Positions 55,153-64,000 of a stretch of 64,000 nt of DNA are shown one piece after another. Source of the stretch: a virus; the IMG/VR virus record IMGVR_UViG_3300027741_000030, positions 1 through 64,000 of that record; one strand, written 5' to 3'. A program made the position numbers and the translations under genes. The notes below the pieces were generated by a model. It worked only from the letters and a program-made list of their open reading frames with translations. It did not search any database and had not been told where the DNA came from. Each line of letters begins with the position of its first letter. Position 1 is the first letter of the stretch.

Positions 55153-55827
55153 ATGACACAAACATGGTCAAATAAAGAAATTTTATTTCCAGGATTATGG
55201 GTATATAAAGACGTAATTAAACCAGAATTAAATTTGGTTCCTAGACTGCTTAACCTAATTGACAGCAGTGCTGGAAGAATTAATTGGAAAGAAGCAACTG
55301 TTGGCTATAATGAAAATAGGCCAAAGTATAGGGATTGCCAAGATATAAAAATTGGTGAAATTAAAAATCCTAACAATCCATATGATTATGAATTTAATGA
55401 AATATGGAAATTAGCAAAACATGCACAGTCTGGTCCAGTCGAAGATTACTGCACAGCTCACAGCGTAAGAATGGATTTTTGGGAAGTAATGAATTTTATT
55501 TCTTATGGTCCAGGGCAACATTTTCAAGAACATGCAGATCACGGATTTTCTTACAGTGCAACCGTTTCCCTTGTTGCATATCCAAACGATGACTATGAGG
55601 GTGGAGAACTAGCTTTTCCAAAACTAGGAATTACTGTTAAACCACGAGCAGGAGATCTATACATATTCCCTTCAAGCTATATTTATTCTCACGTGGCTCT
55701 TCCAGTTAAAAGCGGAAAAAAATATTCTATTGTAACTATGCTTGATTATAATGACAATACGCATAACGATGAATACCGTGCATTAGTTGATAGAAGACTA
55801 GGCAATGATAAAAATAAGGGCATATAG
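55153..55827 (+). CDS. 2OG-Fe(II) oxygenase (P4H-like)
   Basis: HAD, YPNDDYEGGE, HVA, KYS. Confidence 0.85.
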   Translation: MTQTWSNKEILFPGLWVYKDVIKPELNLVPRLLNLIDSSAGRINWKEATVGYNENRPKYRDCQDIKIGEIKNPNNPYDYEFNEIWKLAKHAQSGPVEDYCTAHSVRMDFWEVMNFISYGPGQHFQEHADHGFSYSATVSLVAYPNDDYEGGELAFPKLGITVKPRAGDLYIFPSSYIYSHVALPVKSGKKYSIVTMLDYNDNTHNDEYRALVDRRLGNDKNKGI

Positions 55828-56515
55828 AAAACAAAAAGATTCTGCAAACATATCACAGCTTTCAGTTAAGAGAGACTGGATGGATGAAACATGGGAATCT
55901 CATGCATACAAATGTTTTCCAGTAAGCCTCACCAATCAGTTGGGATGGGGAATATCATTTCCAGAGGATATAACTTTTATATGGGATGGGATTTCAGACT
56001 CTTCTTCAGATCATGTAAAAATATTATCAGGATTAAAATATGCACATTCAGGAAGAGGAAATGCCACAGTAAGCTTTAATACAGGCATTAGCTTTAAAAC
56101 TGATGAAAATATAAGCCTACTAACAATGCCAGTTCCTAATTATTTAAGGGACGGCATTCAGCCATTTACAACATTAATGAGCACTTCATTTTTTAATGGC
56201 GAATTGCCATGTGCTTTAAGAGTAACAAGACCAAATGTTGAAATAACAATTAAAGCAAATACTCCAATATTTTCAATTCTTCCAATTAACCTTGAAGAAA
56301 TTCAAGATTCTGAAATAATATTTGAAGATGCAAGCCTTCTTCCAGAATTAAGTTTTGATCCAAAAGCTTATGGAGAAGAGGTATATAAAATAAATATGTC
56401 TGGAAAGTGGACAAATTTTTATAGAGATGCCGTTGATCATTTAGGAAACATTTTAGGAAAACATCAAATAAAATCAGTTAGGCTAAAGGTCCATGAGGAC
56501 AAAAGCAACATATGA
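55805..56515 (+). CDS. DUF6065-like protein
   Basis: RDWMD....HAYKCFP....NQLGW signature. Confidence 0.65.
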   Translation: MIKIRAYRKQKDSANISQLSVKRDWMDETWESHAYKCFPVSLTNQLGWGISFPEDITFIWDGISDSSSDHVKILSGLKYAHSGRGNATVSFNTGISFKTDENISLLTMPVPNYLRDGIQPFTTLMSTSFFNGELPCALRVTRPNVEITIKANTPIFSILPINLEEIQDSEIIFEDASLLPELSFDPKAYGEEVYKINMSGKWTNFYRDAVDHLGNILGKHQIKSVRLKVHEDKSNI

Positions 56516-56542
56516 TAAAATTATATAAAAGGGGTATTAAAA

Positions 56543-57238
56543 ATGATGAGACAAAATAATGAAATAATAGCAAACAGAGATATTGGTTTGCATGCTCCAA
56601 AATCAATAACCCCTTCAGGATTCTTTGGCAATTCATCTGACAATATAGTAGAGCTAGAAAACTTTTTAACAGAAGATGAAAGAGCAAGACTAATTGATTT
56701 TGCAATGAATAATAAAGTTTGGGATCAAACAGAAAGCCATGTTGATGAAGATGGCCTTGTCCTTTATGATGCTAACATATGGAAAGATAGAGTTTGCACA
56801 TATCATTCTTTAATGAAATCAGATCCAAGTATACTAGAATTAATTAATTCCATGATTGCAAGATTAAAAATTGAAGTAGATAAATTTTTTAATGTTGATG
56901 CAAAAGAAACTGGACCAGCAATTGTAAGGTGGCCAATAGGTGCAAGACAAGAACCACATGCAGATAAAGAATTTCACACTGGAATAGAAAAGGGAAGACC
57001 AAATGATTTCCCCTGGTATGATCTAGCAGGCTTATTTTATTTTAATGATGATTATGAGGGTGGAGAATTATATTTCCCACAACATGGAATTGAGTTTAAA
57101 CCAAAAGCAGGAGCAGCTTATTTTTTCCCAGGAGACATGAACTATACTCATGGAGTTAGACCAGTAACCTCTGGAAATAGATTTACCTCCCCATTTTTTT
57201 GGACCATAATGAAACATTTGGATCAAGTTGAAAAATAA
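56543..57238 (+). CDS. 2OG-Fe(II) oxygenase (P4H-like)
   Basis: HAD, YFNDDYEGGE, HGV, RFT. Confidence 0.88.
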   Translation: MMRQNNEIIANRDIGLHAPKSITPSGFFGNSSDNIVELENFLTEDERARLIDFAMNNKVWDQTESHVDEDGLVLYDANIWKDRVCTYHSLMKSDPSILELINSMIARLKIEVDKFFNVDAKETGPAIVRWPIGARQEPHADKEFHTGIEKGRPNDFPWYDLAGLFYFNDDYEGGELYFPQHGIEFKPKAGAAYFFPGDMNYTHGVRPVTSGNRFTSPFFWTIMKHLDQVEK

Positions 57239-57863
57239 TAATTGTTTAATTGATGACAATTTTTTGCTTGATGAAGAGATAGATTATTTACAGCAAATAA
57301 TGTACTCTTATGAAAACACCTTTAATTGGATATATACTCCCACAGGAAACATGGACGCTGGAGATTATCGAGCAGTTCACACTAAAAATACAAACAATTC
57401 AATGCAATTTATTCACACAGCAAAATTAGGAAAAATAGAATATTCAAATTTTTCAAAAGATGCTGAAAAAGTTTTATATAAGTTTTGTAAAAAAAACAAT
57501 ATAGAGGTTATAGATGTTTTTAGAATTAAAGCTAATTTAATTCCAAAACAAAATGATTATTTGCAAACAAATATGCCACACGTAGATAATGTTATTGATA
57601 TTATTCCTGAACATACAGAGGGAGAGCATTATGTTTTTTTGTATTATGTAAACGATTCAGACGGCCCAACAGTAATCTTTAATGAAAAATATAATGGAGA
57701 AAAAAAAGATATCTTTTCTATAAAACAAAAAATTAACCCAGTAGCTGGAAGAGGCATATTGTTTAATGCAGACCAATACCACGCCTCATCTATACCTAAA
57801 AAAACAAACTTAAGATGTGTAATAAACATTAATTTAATAGGAAAAAAAATAAATGATAATTAA
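57228..57863 (+). CDS. 2OG-Fe(II) oxygenase
   Basis: RIKANL, PHVD, YYVNDSDG.T, YHAS, R.VIN. Confidence 0.8.
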   Translation: MKNNNCLIDDNFLLDEEIDYLQQIMYSYENTFNWIYTPTGNMDAGDYRAVHTKNTNNSMQFIHTAKLGKIEYSNFSKDAEKVLYKFCKKNNIEVIDVFRIKANLIPKQNDYLQTNMPHVDNVIDIIPEHTEGEHYVFLYYVNDSDGPTVIFNEKYNGEKKDIFSIKQKINPVAGRGILFNADQYHASSIPKKTNLRCVININLIGKKINDN

Positions 57864-58293
57864 AAATTTAACCAAAAAAGAAATAGAGGCTTCCAGAGTC
57901 CTATTAGATCTGACCCTAGGCATAGAGCATTCAGGTAAATCTTTTTTTAGTCATTTATACAACACATTTTATATATTAAAAAAAATGAATTTAGACGAGG
58001 ATACATGCCTGGCAGGAATGTATCATTCGATATATGGAACAGAGTATTTTAAGATAGACAAACAGGTGCAAAAAGATGAAGTTATTAAAACAATTGGACA
58101 AAAAGCAAATAAATTGGTAGAATATTTTTGTACAGAAAACAGAAATGATTTTATTTTAAACGGTAAAATAGAAGATCAAGATAGGCTTTCTTTATTGTAT
58201 ATTTTATATGCAAACGAAATAGAGCAAAGAGGCGAAAAAAACATTTTGTTTTTAAATCAAATAAAAGAAGAAATAGGAAAGAAATTGCTATGA
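57853..58293 (+). CDS. DUF6817/HD-like domain protein
   Basis: HSG.SF..HL...AGMYHSIYGT. Confidence 0.65.
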   Translation: MIIKNLTKKEIEASRVLLDLTLGIEHSGKSFFSHLYNTFYILKKMNLDEDTCLAGMYHSIYGTEYFKIDKQVQKDEVIKTIGQKANKLVEYFCTENRNDFILNGKIEDQDRLSLLYILYANEIEQRGEKNILFLNQIKEEIGKKLL

Positions 58294-59117
58294 CAAACTT
58301 AGAGTATATTGAGCTATATCCAAGAATAGATGTTTATAGAAATGTTTTAAAAGATCCACAGGCTTTATATCAAACTATGAAAAAATCTGAGGAAACTTCA
58401 AATGGAGAATACCTTTTAAAAACTTGGGATGCATGGGCAAAATTTGGAACCTACACTCAAAAGAAAGACTTGGCTGAAGTTTCAGAAGATACAAAAACTA
58501 AAAATATGTTTATTGAAGAAAAAGATTTTGTAGATCAGGTTCAAGCAGCTTATGATTTAGTTTTGTTGGATTACATAAAAAGACACAATGTTGAGTTAAA
58601 GCCAGGTTGGCATTTTAGCGGCTGCTCTTTTTCAAAATATAAAGATGGAGTAGACACTCTAAAAAATAAAATGACAATGCAGTATCACACTGATTTTATT
58701 ATTGCAGAAAGAGAAATGCCTGGACCTAAGTTTCAATTAACATGTACAATGTACATAAATGATGATTATCAAGGCGGAGACATAGAATTTTTTATTGATG
58801 GAAAGCTGATTAATCATAAGCCACAAGCAGGAGACATTCTTGTCTTCCCATCAGACGAACCATATTTTCATGGAGTTAAAACAATATACAATGGCCAAAA
58901 GTTTTTTGTAAGAAATTTTGTAATGTACCCTTACGATGGAAGCCCTGAATGGCTAGCAAATCAAAAACAATTTGGTGCAGTAAATTGGATGAAAAAAGAA
59001 TTTATTAGATTAGAAGAAGATACAAAAAGAAACATGAAATACGTTGAAGATGGTGTAGAAATTGCAGTAGAGATTGCACACGCAAACCATAATGTAGAGT
59101 CAAAGGAAAGTATGTAA
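58290..59117 (+). CDS. 2OG-Fe(II) oxygenase (P4H-like)
   Basis: HTD, YINDDYQGGD, HGV, K. Confidence 0.85.
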   Translation: MTNLEYIELYPRIDVYRNVLKDPQALYQTMKKSEETSNGEYLLKTWDAWAKFGTYTQKKDLAEVSEDTKTKNMFIEEKDFVDQVQAAYDLVLLDYIKRHNVELKPGWHFSGCSFSKYKDGVDTLKNKMTMQYHTDFIIAEREMPGPKFQLTCTMYINDDYQGGDIEFFIDGKLINHKPQAGDILVFPSDEPYFHGVKTIYNGQKFFVRNFVMYPYDGSPEWLANQKQFGAVNWMKKEFIRLEEDTKRNMKYVEDGVEIAVEIAHANHNVESKESM

Positions 59118-59875
59118 TGGAACTAATAAAAATAGCAGAAGACATTCATCTATATAAAAATTTTATAGAAGATGAAGAACTTGCTAAAGTAACATCTTTA
59201 TTAAAAAAATTACAAAATACCGACAAAGACTATTGGAAGTCTATATCTTTTTATGAGTCATATTCCGCCAGATACCCTTATGATGGAGAACCAATTTTAG
59301 AAGAATTTGGTTTGCCTGCAACTTATTTTTCTGATCTAAGAAATAGGTTTAAAGAAGCAGCCGCACATGTTGCTAATCAGCCAGTTGAAAAAATGTCTCA
59401 AATAAGTTTTCATATTCAAAGATGGCTTCCAGGTTCTTTTGCACCAAAGCATTCTGACAACAGTGATAATGAAGGAAACATGGGAGCCTTTACAAGAAGC
59501 AGATACGCTGGATTTTTATACTTAAATGATGACTTTGAAGGAGGCACCTTAAAGTTTGAAGCACAACACGGAGAGCTGCCATTAGAAATAATTCCAGAAG
59601 CTGGATCTTTTTTAATATTCCACGGCGGTCACAAAAACATGCATGAGGTTACTGTAGTAAAAAAGAGCCCAAGATACACAATAGGTTCTTTTTGGGACGA
59701 TAGAGAAGAATCAGATTATCCACAAGACGTAAGAGATGCTTGGGCTGAAGAGCTTAAAAAAGTTAGAGCAATTCAAGCTGAAGAAGCGGTAGAGTGGAAA
59801 GAAGTTAGAGAAAAGGGATTACGTCTAACACCAGATGGCAAGTCTATACCAGCATCTGAAGTGGAAGATTTATGA
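59117..59875 (+). CDS. 2OG-Fe(II) oxygenase (P4H-like)
   Basis: HSD, YLNDDFEGG, HEV, RYT. Confidence 0.85.
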   Translation: MELIKIAEDIHLYKNFIEDEELAKVTSLLKKLQNTDKDYWKSISFYESYSARYPYDGEPILEEFGLPATYFSDLRNRFKEAAAHVANQPVEKMSQISFHIQRWLPGSFAPKHSDNSDNEGNMGAFTRSRYAGFLYLNDDFEGGTLKFEAQHGELPLEIIPEAGSFLIFHGGHKNMHEVTVVKKSPRYTIGSFWDDREESDYPQDVRDAWAEELKKVRAIQAEEAVEWKEVREKGLRLTPDGKSIPASEVEDL

Positions 59876-60537
59876 TAGACGAAAAATCAAATAAATTTGA
59901 TCCAAATGACATGTATCACATGTTTATACCAAATGTTTTAGAGAACAATATTTGGTATTATAAAAATGTTGTAAGCTATCCAAAAGAGCTATTAGATTTT
60001 ATTAATGAAGTTGATAATGATGCTAGAAGCCACGGTAAAATAACAAAGTGGTTCCCTTGGACTGCTAGCAATAATGGCTCTTTAATATACGGAGATAACA
60101 AAAATGTTCTACCTTCAAATATGAAAGATGTCACAGACGCTGGAAGACTAGATCAAAAAATACTATATATATCAAATAGCATAAAGATGGCTTTTCAAAT
60201 GTGTCTTGATAATTACTTTGCTTCAAGAAATATTGATTCGTCAAATTATGTTTTGCCAATGAGTGAGATTCCATTAAGAAGGTGGGGAGTGGGTCCTGGA
60301 ATGGGTCCTCATTGTGATAACTATGACGGGCATACAAATCTTGCTTTTTCTATGATTCTATATTTAAACAACAACTACGAAGGCGGGGAAATCGAGTTTC
60401 CAAATCAGGGAGTGTCTTTAAAGCCAGATGAGGGCAGCCTAATTATATTCCCAAGCAGTGAGCCATACCTTCACAAAGTAAATGAGATTAAATCGGGAGA
60501 TAGGTACACATCACATCTTTCAGTATATACAAGATAG
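59872..60537 (+). CDS. 2OG-Fe(II) oxygenase (P4H-like)
   Basis: HCD, YLNNNYEGGE, HKV, RY. Confidence 0.85.
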   Translation: MIDEKSNKFDPNDMYHMFIPNVLENNIWYYKNVVSYPKELLDFINEVDNDARSHGKITKWFPWTASNNGSLIYGDNKNVLPSNMKDVTDAGRLDQKILYISNSIKMAFQMCLDNYFASRNIDSSNYVLPMSEIPLRRWGVGPGMGPHCDNYDGHTNLAFSMILYLNNNYEGGEIEFPNQGVSLKPDEGSLIIFPSSEPYLHKVNEIKSGDRYTSHLSVYTR

Positions 60538-60553
60538 GTGGTATAATTAAAAA

Positions 60554-61750
60554 ATGAGCACAGTTCCTAATCAACACGGATTGCATTTTCCAAACTACAC
60601 GGATTCTCCAGACGTGCCTAAAGACCTGTCGCTACTAGCTAAAGATATTGCAGATCTTATTGATGCTAACCCTGGACCGCAAGGTGAAGTTGGCCCAGCA
60701 AACTCTCTTGATGTAATTGCAACAAACACAATTACAGCAGGCCTAAATGCATCTGTAACAATTTCAGGAACAGCTCCATCACAACATTTAACGTTTAACA
60801 TTCCCAAAGGACAAGATGGTGTGTTAGGTGGTCCAGGACCATCAAATGTTTTAACAATAGGAACAGTAACTTCGGGAGCAACAGCAAGCGCATCAATTAC
60901 TGGAACATCTCCATCTCAAATTTTAAATTTAATTTTACCGATAGGTCCCACAGGATCAACTGGCGCAACAGGAGCGCAAGGAGCAAAAGGAGATGCAGCA
61001 GCAACTATAGCCGTAAACTCCACTACAACAGGAGCTGCAGGAACAAGTGCATCTGTAACAAATTCTGGAACATCAAGCAATGTTTTATTAAACTTTACAA
61101 TTCCAAGAGGAGCAACTGGAGCAACTGGAGCAACTGGAGCGCAGGGTCCTACTGGAGTTGATGGAGCAACTCCAAGCATAGATCCAATATCATTAAGAAT
61201 TGGTCTTATGTCACCAAATACATCCTCAACTGGAGTTAACTCAAACTGGTATCCATTTTCTACAAACTTATATTCTTTAGGAAAAGATACATCTGATGGT
61301 GGACCAGCAAGATATTGGAAAGATATTTTTTCTAATGGAACAATAAGAGCAGCATCTGTTATTGCAACAGGAAACATGTACATAAATACATCTACAGTAG
61401 TTACATCAGATGAAAATTTAAAAAATACAATAGCTCCATCTAATCTAGGTCTTAATTTTATTAACTTGTTAAATCCAGTAAGCTACAAGTTTAATGTTGG
61501 CGGAATAAATTATTCAGTAGATGAAGATGGCAATCAAGTTGAGACTGCAGTTCCAGGTAATAGAACTCATTATGGCCTTATAGCTCAGGAAGTTAAAGAA
61601 TCTCTAGACAGTTTAAATATTGAAGATTTTGGCGGATGGGTTCAAAAAGAAGATAAAACTCAAGCTTTGAGATATGAAGAATTTATAGCGCCATTAATTA
61701 AAGCAGTACAAGAACTTTCAGCGAGAGTACAAGCTTTAGAAGAAAAGTAG
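60554..61750 (+). CDS. collagen-like tail fibre with C-terminal peptidase S74 intramolecular chaperone
   Basis: Gly-X-Y tracts; SDENLK, GLIAQEV, LRY...IAPLIKAVQEL. Confidence 0.88.
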   Translation: MSTVPNQHGLHFPNYTDSPDVPKDLSLLAKDIADLIDANPGPQGEVGPANSLDVIATNTITAGLNASVTISGTAPSQHLTFNIPKGQDGVLGGPGPSNVLTIGTVTSGATASASITGTSPSQILNLILPIGPTGSTGATGAQGAKGDAAATIAVNSTTTGAAGTSASVTNSGTSSNVLLNFTIPRGATGATGATGAQGPTGVDGATPSIDPISLRIGLMSPNTSSTGVNSNWYPFSTNLYSLGKDTSDGGPARYWKDIFSNGTIRAASVIATGNMYINTSTVVTSDENLKNTIAPSNLGLNFINLLNPVSYKFNVGGINYSVDEDGNQVETAVPGNRTHYGLIAQEVKESLDSLNIEDFGGWVQKEDKTQALRYEEFIAPLIKAVQELSARVQALEEK

Positions 61751-61756
61751 GTAAAG

Positions 61757-63562
61757 ATGTCATATAAGAATGCGGTCTTAAATGATCATCCAAATTCATT
61801 TTACCTTTTAGACGAAGTAAGATCTGGAACAGTAGGATCATACTCTGGAATTATTTCTCAGTTTGCAACATATCAAGATTTAAAAGATAGCGGTATTACA
61901 TATTCTGCATTAAGCGGATTACCAATTATCGACTATTCAGGAAACATAAATAATGGATATGCAATAAGCACATCAAGCAAAGAACTTATGCCATTAGTGC
62001 CAGGAAGCATAAGAGGCACACAAGTTCTTGAGCAAACAATAGTTGCATTTAGTCCAAAAGGAATAGCAACAAAATATTTTAACGATAATTCTTTTAGCAT
62101 AGAGGCCTGGGCAGTTTTGCCAAGCTATGATGTAGACGCTACAATTGTCGCAGACCCAGACCTGGGAATTGGAATATTTTATGAAAACGGAAACATAGTA
62201 TTTAAAGTAGGAGATATACAGACTAGCTATACCGTATCAAATTCAAGATCAAAATATATTGTTGCATTATTTGAAAACAGATCTATATCCCTTTATATTG
62301 ATGGTGTAATTGTTGATAAGCAACCAACCAACAATTATAAATTTACAAATGAATATATTAATTTTATAAGCAGCACATCAGAGGAACAGCTGGTTATAGA
62401 CTCTGTAGCGTTTTATAAATTTGCCCTTTCTCAATCTCAAATAAACAATCATTATAATGAAGGCATAAAAGAAATAAAGTACTCTCAAATAGTAAATCTT
62501 GATAACGGATATTTGTTTAGCATGAATGTAGAGCCAATTAAACCAAAATTTAAATACTCTTATCCAGAATCAAAATCATGGAGAGAGATTTATGGAGATA
62601 ATGTGTCTATAGCAGATGACGGATCATACCTTTATTTTAAAAAAACTTTAGACTCTGCAACCTCAGAATTTTCTTTTATAGATTCTTTTATTGTTCCAAA
62701 TTATTTAAACTTAACAACATCTCAAATTTATTGGGAATATGATGTTGACGGAATATCAGTAGAAGTCAGCACCAACGGATCTAACTGGCAAGAATGCCAA
62801 AATGGAAACCCATTGCCATATTTTAATAAAAATGAAAATCTGTTTTCAGATTTGCTTTATTTGAGAGTTACAATTTCATCAGCTGATACAACAAAATATT
62901 TGCCAATATTAAAAAGCTTAGAAATTTTGTTCTTTAGTTCAAAAAATTTTTACAGCGATAACTCAGGCTACTATTTATCTTCAGACTATGACTATTCACT
63001 TCCTAAAAAAAATAATAGAATTTTAGCATACGATAAAAATAATGGTTTACGCATGTACAGCGGCCATGGATTTTATTTAAATAATGTGCCCTCAATTAAA
63101 ACAGTTGAAATGATATTTACTCCAAGATATTCAGAAAACGTTCTTGTTTCTGCTACGTCAAAAATATACGAGTGGAACCAGGCTGGAACTATAACAAAGT
63201 CAGGAATTGCCTCAATATATGTAAATGGTATAGATCAAACAAACAGTACAAATATATGGGATTTTATATCTCCAGATTTGCCACATCATGTGGTTATAAC
63301 ATTTTCTTCTCAGGCCACAAATCTTAAATTTAATCAAAATCAATCAGATTCCAAGTCTGGTTTAGGACACATGTATAACAATCTTGCTATATACCCAGAC
63401 GAGCTTGGGGAATATAATACATTAAATCATTATACGCTTTATACAAATAGAATAGTAAATTCAATTAACGACACCTCATTAACAATATCAGAAAGCACAT
63501 CAGGTAACGATTCTACGTCTGTCAGATTGATTTTAATACAGCCAGAAGCCATAAGTATATAA
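61757..63562 (+). CDS. LamG/concanavalin-like domain virion protein
   Basis: Y...VL.D.P..Y.LDE, FSIEAW, LYIDG, AFY..ALS..QI..HY. Confidence 0.75.
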   Translation: MSYKNAVLNDHPNSFYLLDEVRSGTVGSYSGIISQFATYQDLKDSGITYSALSGLPIIDYSGNINNGYAISTSSKELMPLVPGSIRGTQVLEQTIVAFSPKGIATKYFNDNSFSIEAWAVLPSYDVDATIVADPDLGIGIFYENGNIVFKVGDIQTSYTVSNSRSKYIVALFENRSISLYIDGVIVDKQPTNNYKFTNEYINFISSTSEEQLVIDSVAFYKFALSQSQINNHYNEGIKEIKYSQIVNLDNGYLFSMNVEPIKPKFKYSYPESKSWREIYGDNVSIADDGSYLYFKKTLDSATSEFSFIDSFIVPNYLNLTTSQIYWEYDVDGISVEVSTNGSNWQECQNGNPLPYFNKNENLFSDLLYLRVTISSADTTKYLPILKSLEILFFSSKNFYSDNSGYYLSSDYDYSLPKKNNRILAYDKNNGLRMYSGHGFYLNNVPSIKTVEMIFTPRYSENVLVSATSKIYEWNQAGTITKSGIASIYVNGIDQTNSTNIWDFISPDLPHHVVITFSSQATNLKFNQNQSDSKSGLGHMYNNLAIYPDELGEYNTLNHYTLYTNRIVNSINDTSLTISESTSGNDSTSVRLILIQPEAISI

Positions 63563-63624
63563 ATTTGTCACAAGCTCAGACAAAATCTGGACTTTAGCTA
63601 CAACTAATGGTATGATTATGGTCT

Positions 63625-63963
63625 ATGGATATCTTAAACAAAAATACTAAAATTATTGAAGAAACCACCCTAGGGATATATGTGTGGGAAATGCCTGACG
63701 GCAGATGGATTGGAGACGACGATGGCAACTTTCTTTCGATCACGTCCAAAAAAGGTAATAGATCCAGAATCGATGCTTTGGCTAGAGAAGTTCGCTCGTT
63801 TGGTATATATGAGGGCAATCCCAAGTTCCTTTCAGGGCGTAGAAAAATTGACGACGAAGAGTTTGAGCATCAAAACGAAAGACTCAAGTGGGGACTCACA
63901 CCAGATCCTTTAGATATTGGTGTTTACAAAGACGCAATGCTTAGGGATGGTAAGGTTCAATGA
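63625..63963 (+). CDS. hypothetical phage protein
   Basis: ORF track; next ORF begins at 63960 and runs off the window. Confidence 0.7.
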   Translation: MDILNKNTKIIEETTLGIYVWEMPDGRWIGDDDGNFLSITSKKGNRSRIDALAREVRSFGIYEGNPKFLSGRRKIDDEEFEHQNERLKWGLTPDPLDIGVYKDAMLRDGKVQ

Positions 63964-64000
63964 GAGCTGAATATATTGAAGATGATGAAACCTCATCAAA

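Noticed and set aside
1-64000. Alternative genetic code or stop-codon readthrough
   Set aside because: Recognisable genes (RNR, halogenase, fibres) are full length in code 11, and no suppressor tRNA was found

Overview
A 64-kb, AT-rich segment of a large tailed phage that almost certainly infects an actinobacterium. The evidence is a WhiB gene, an Lsr2-type DNA-binding domain, many leaderless genes and actinobacterial promoter motifs. The gene content resembles large freshwater actinophages. Layout: (i) 1-18.7 kb, + strand accessory genes: two tRNAs, WhiB, HslV-like and subtilase proteases, thioredoxin, two luciferase-like monooxygenases, an APS-kinase/nucleotidyltransferase fusion, glutathione peroxidase, 2OG-Fe(II)/JmjC oxygenases and many Cys-rich microproteins. 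(ii) About 18.8-29.9 kb, an inverted (- strand) block of small early/host-takeover-type genes with very dense regulatory DNA. (iii) 29.9-40.5 kb: sulfotransferase-like genes, tRNA-Ile(UAU), a Trp-halogenase, an SLT lysozyme-like gene, class II RNR and a holin-like gene. (iv) 40.5-64 kb: tail/fibre/adhesin genes interleaved with a 2OG-oxygenase cluster. The strongest candidate for a new system is block (ii). It has 14 co-oriented TGTCAG-N10-TAnnnT promoters matching the RecA-NDp/PafBC DNA-damage motif, plus helically phased CRP boxes, DnaA boxes and GACAC boxes. It also has a 9-copy fixed-spacing motif and a ~150-nt sRNA candidate whose loop-exposed seed is complementary to the AACGAAAG ribosome-binding leader shared by 8 early genes. 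A second candidate is a virion-protein modification system: Pro/Phe-rich (PPxFF) tails on FN3/Ig-like proteins encoded next to prolyl-hydroxylase-like oxygenases. All functional assignments come from motif recognition by eye; no searches were run.
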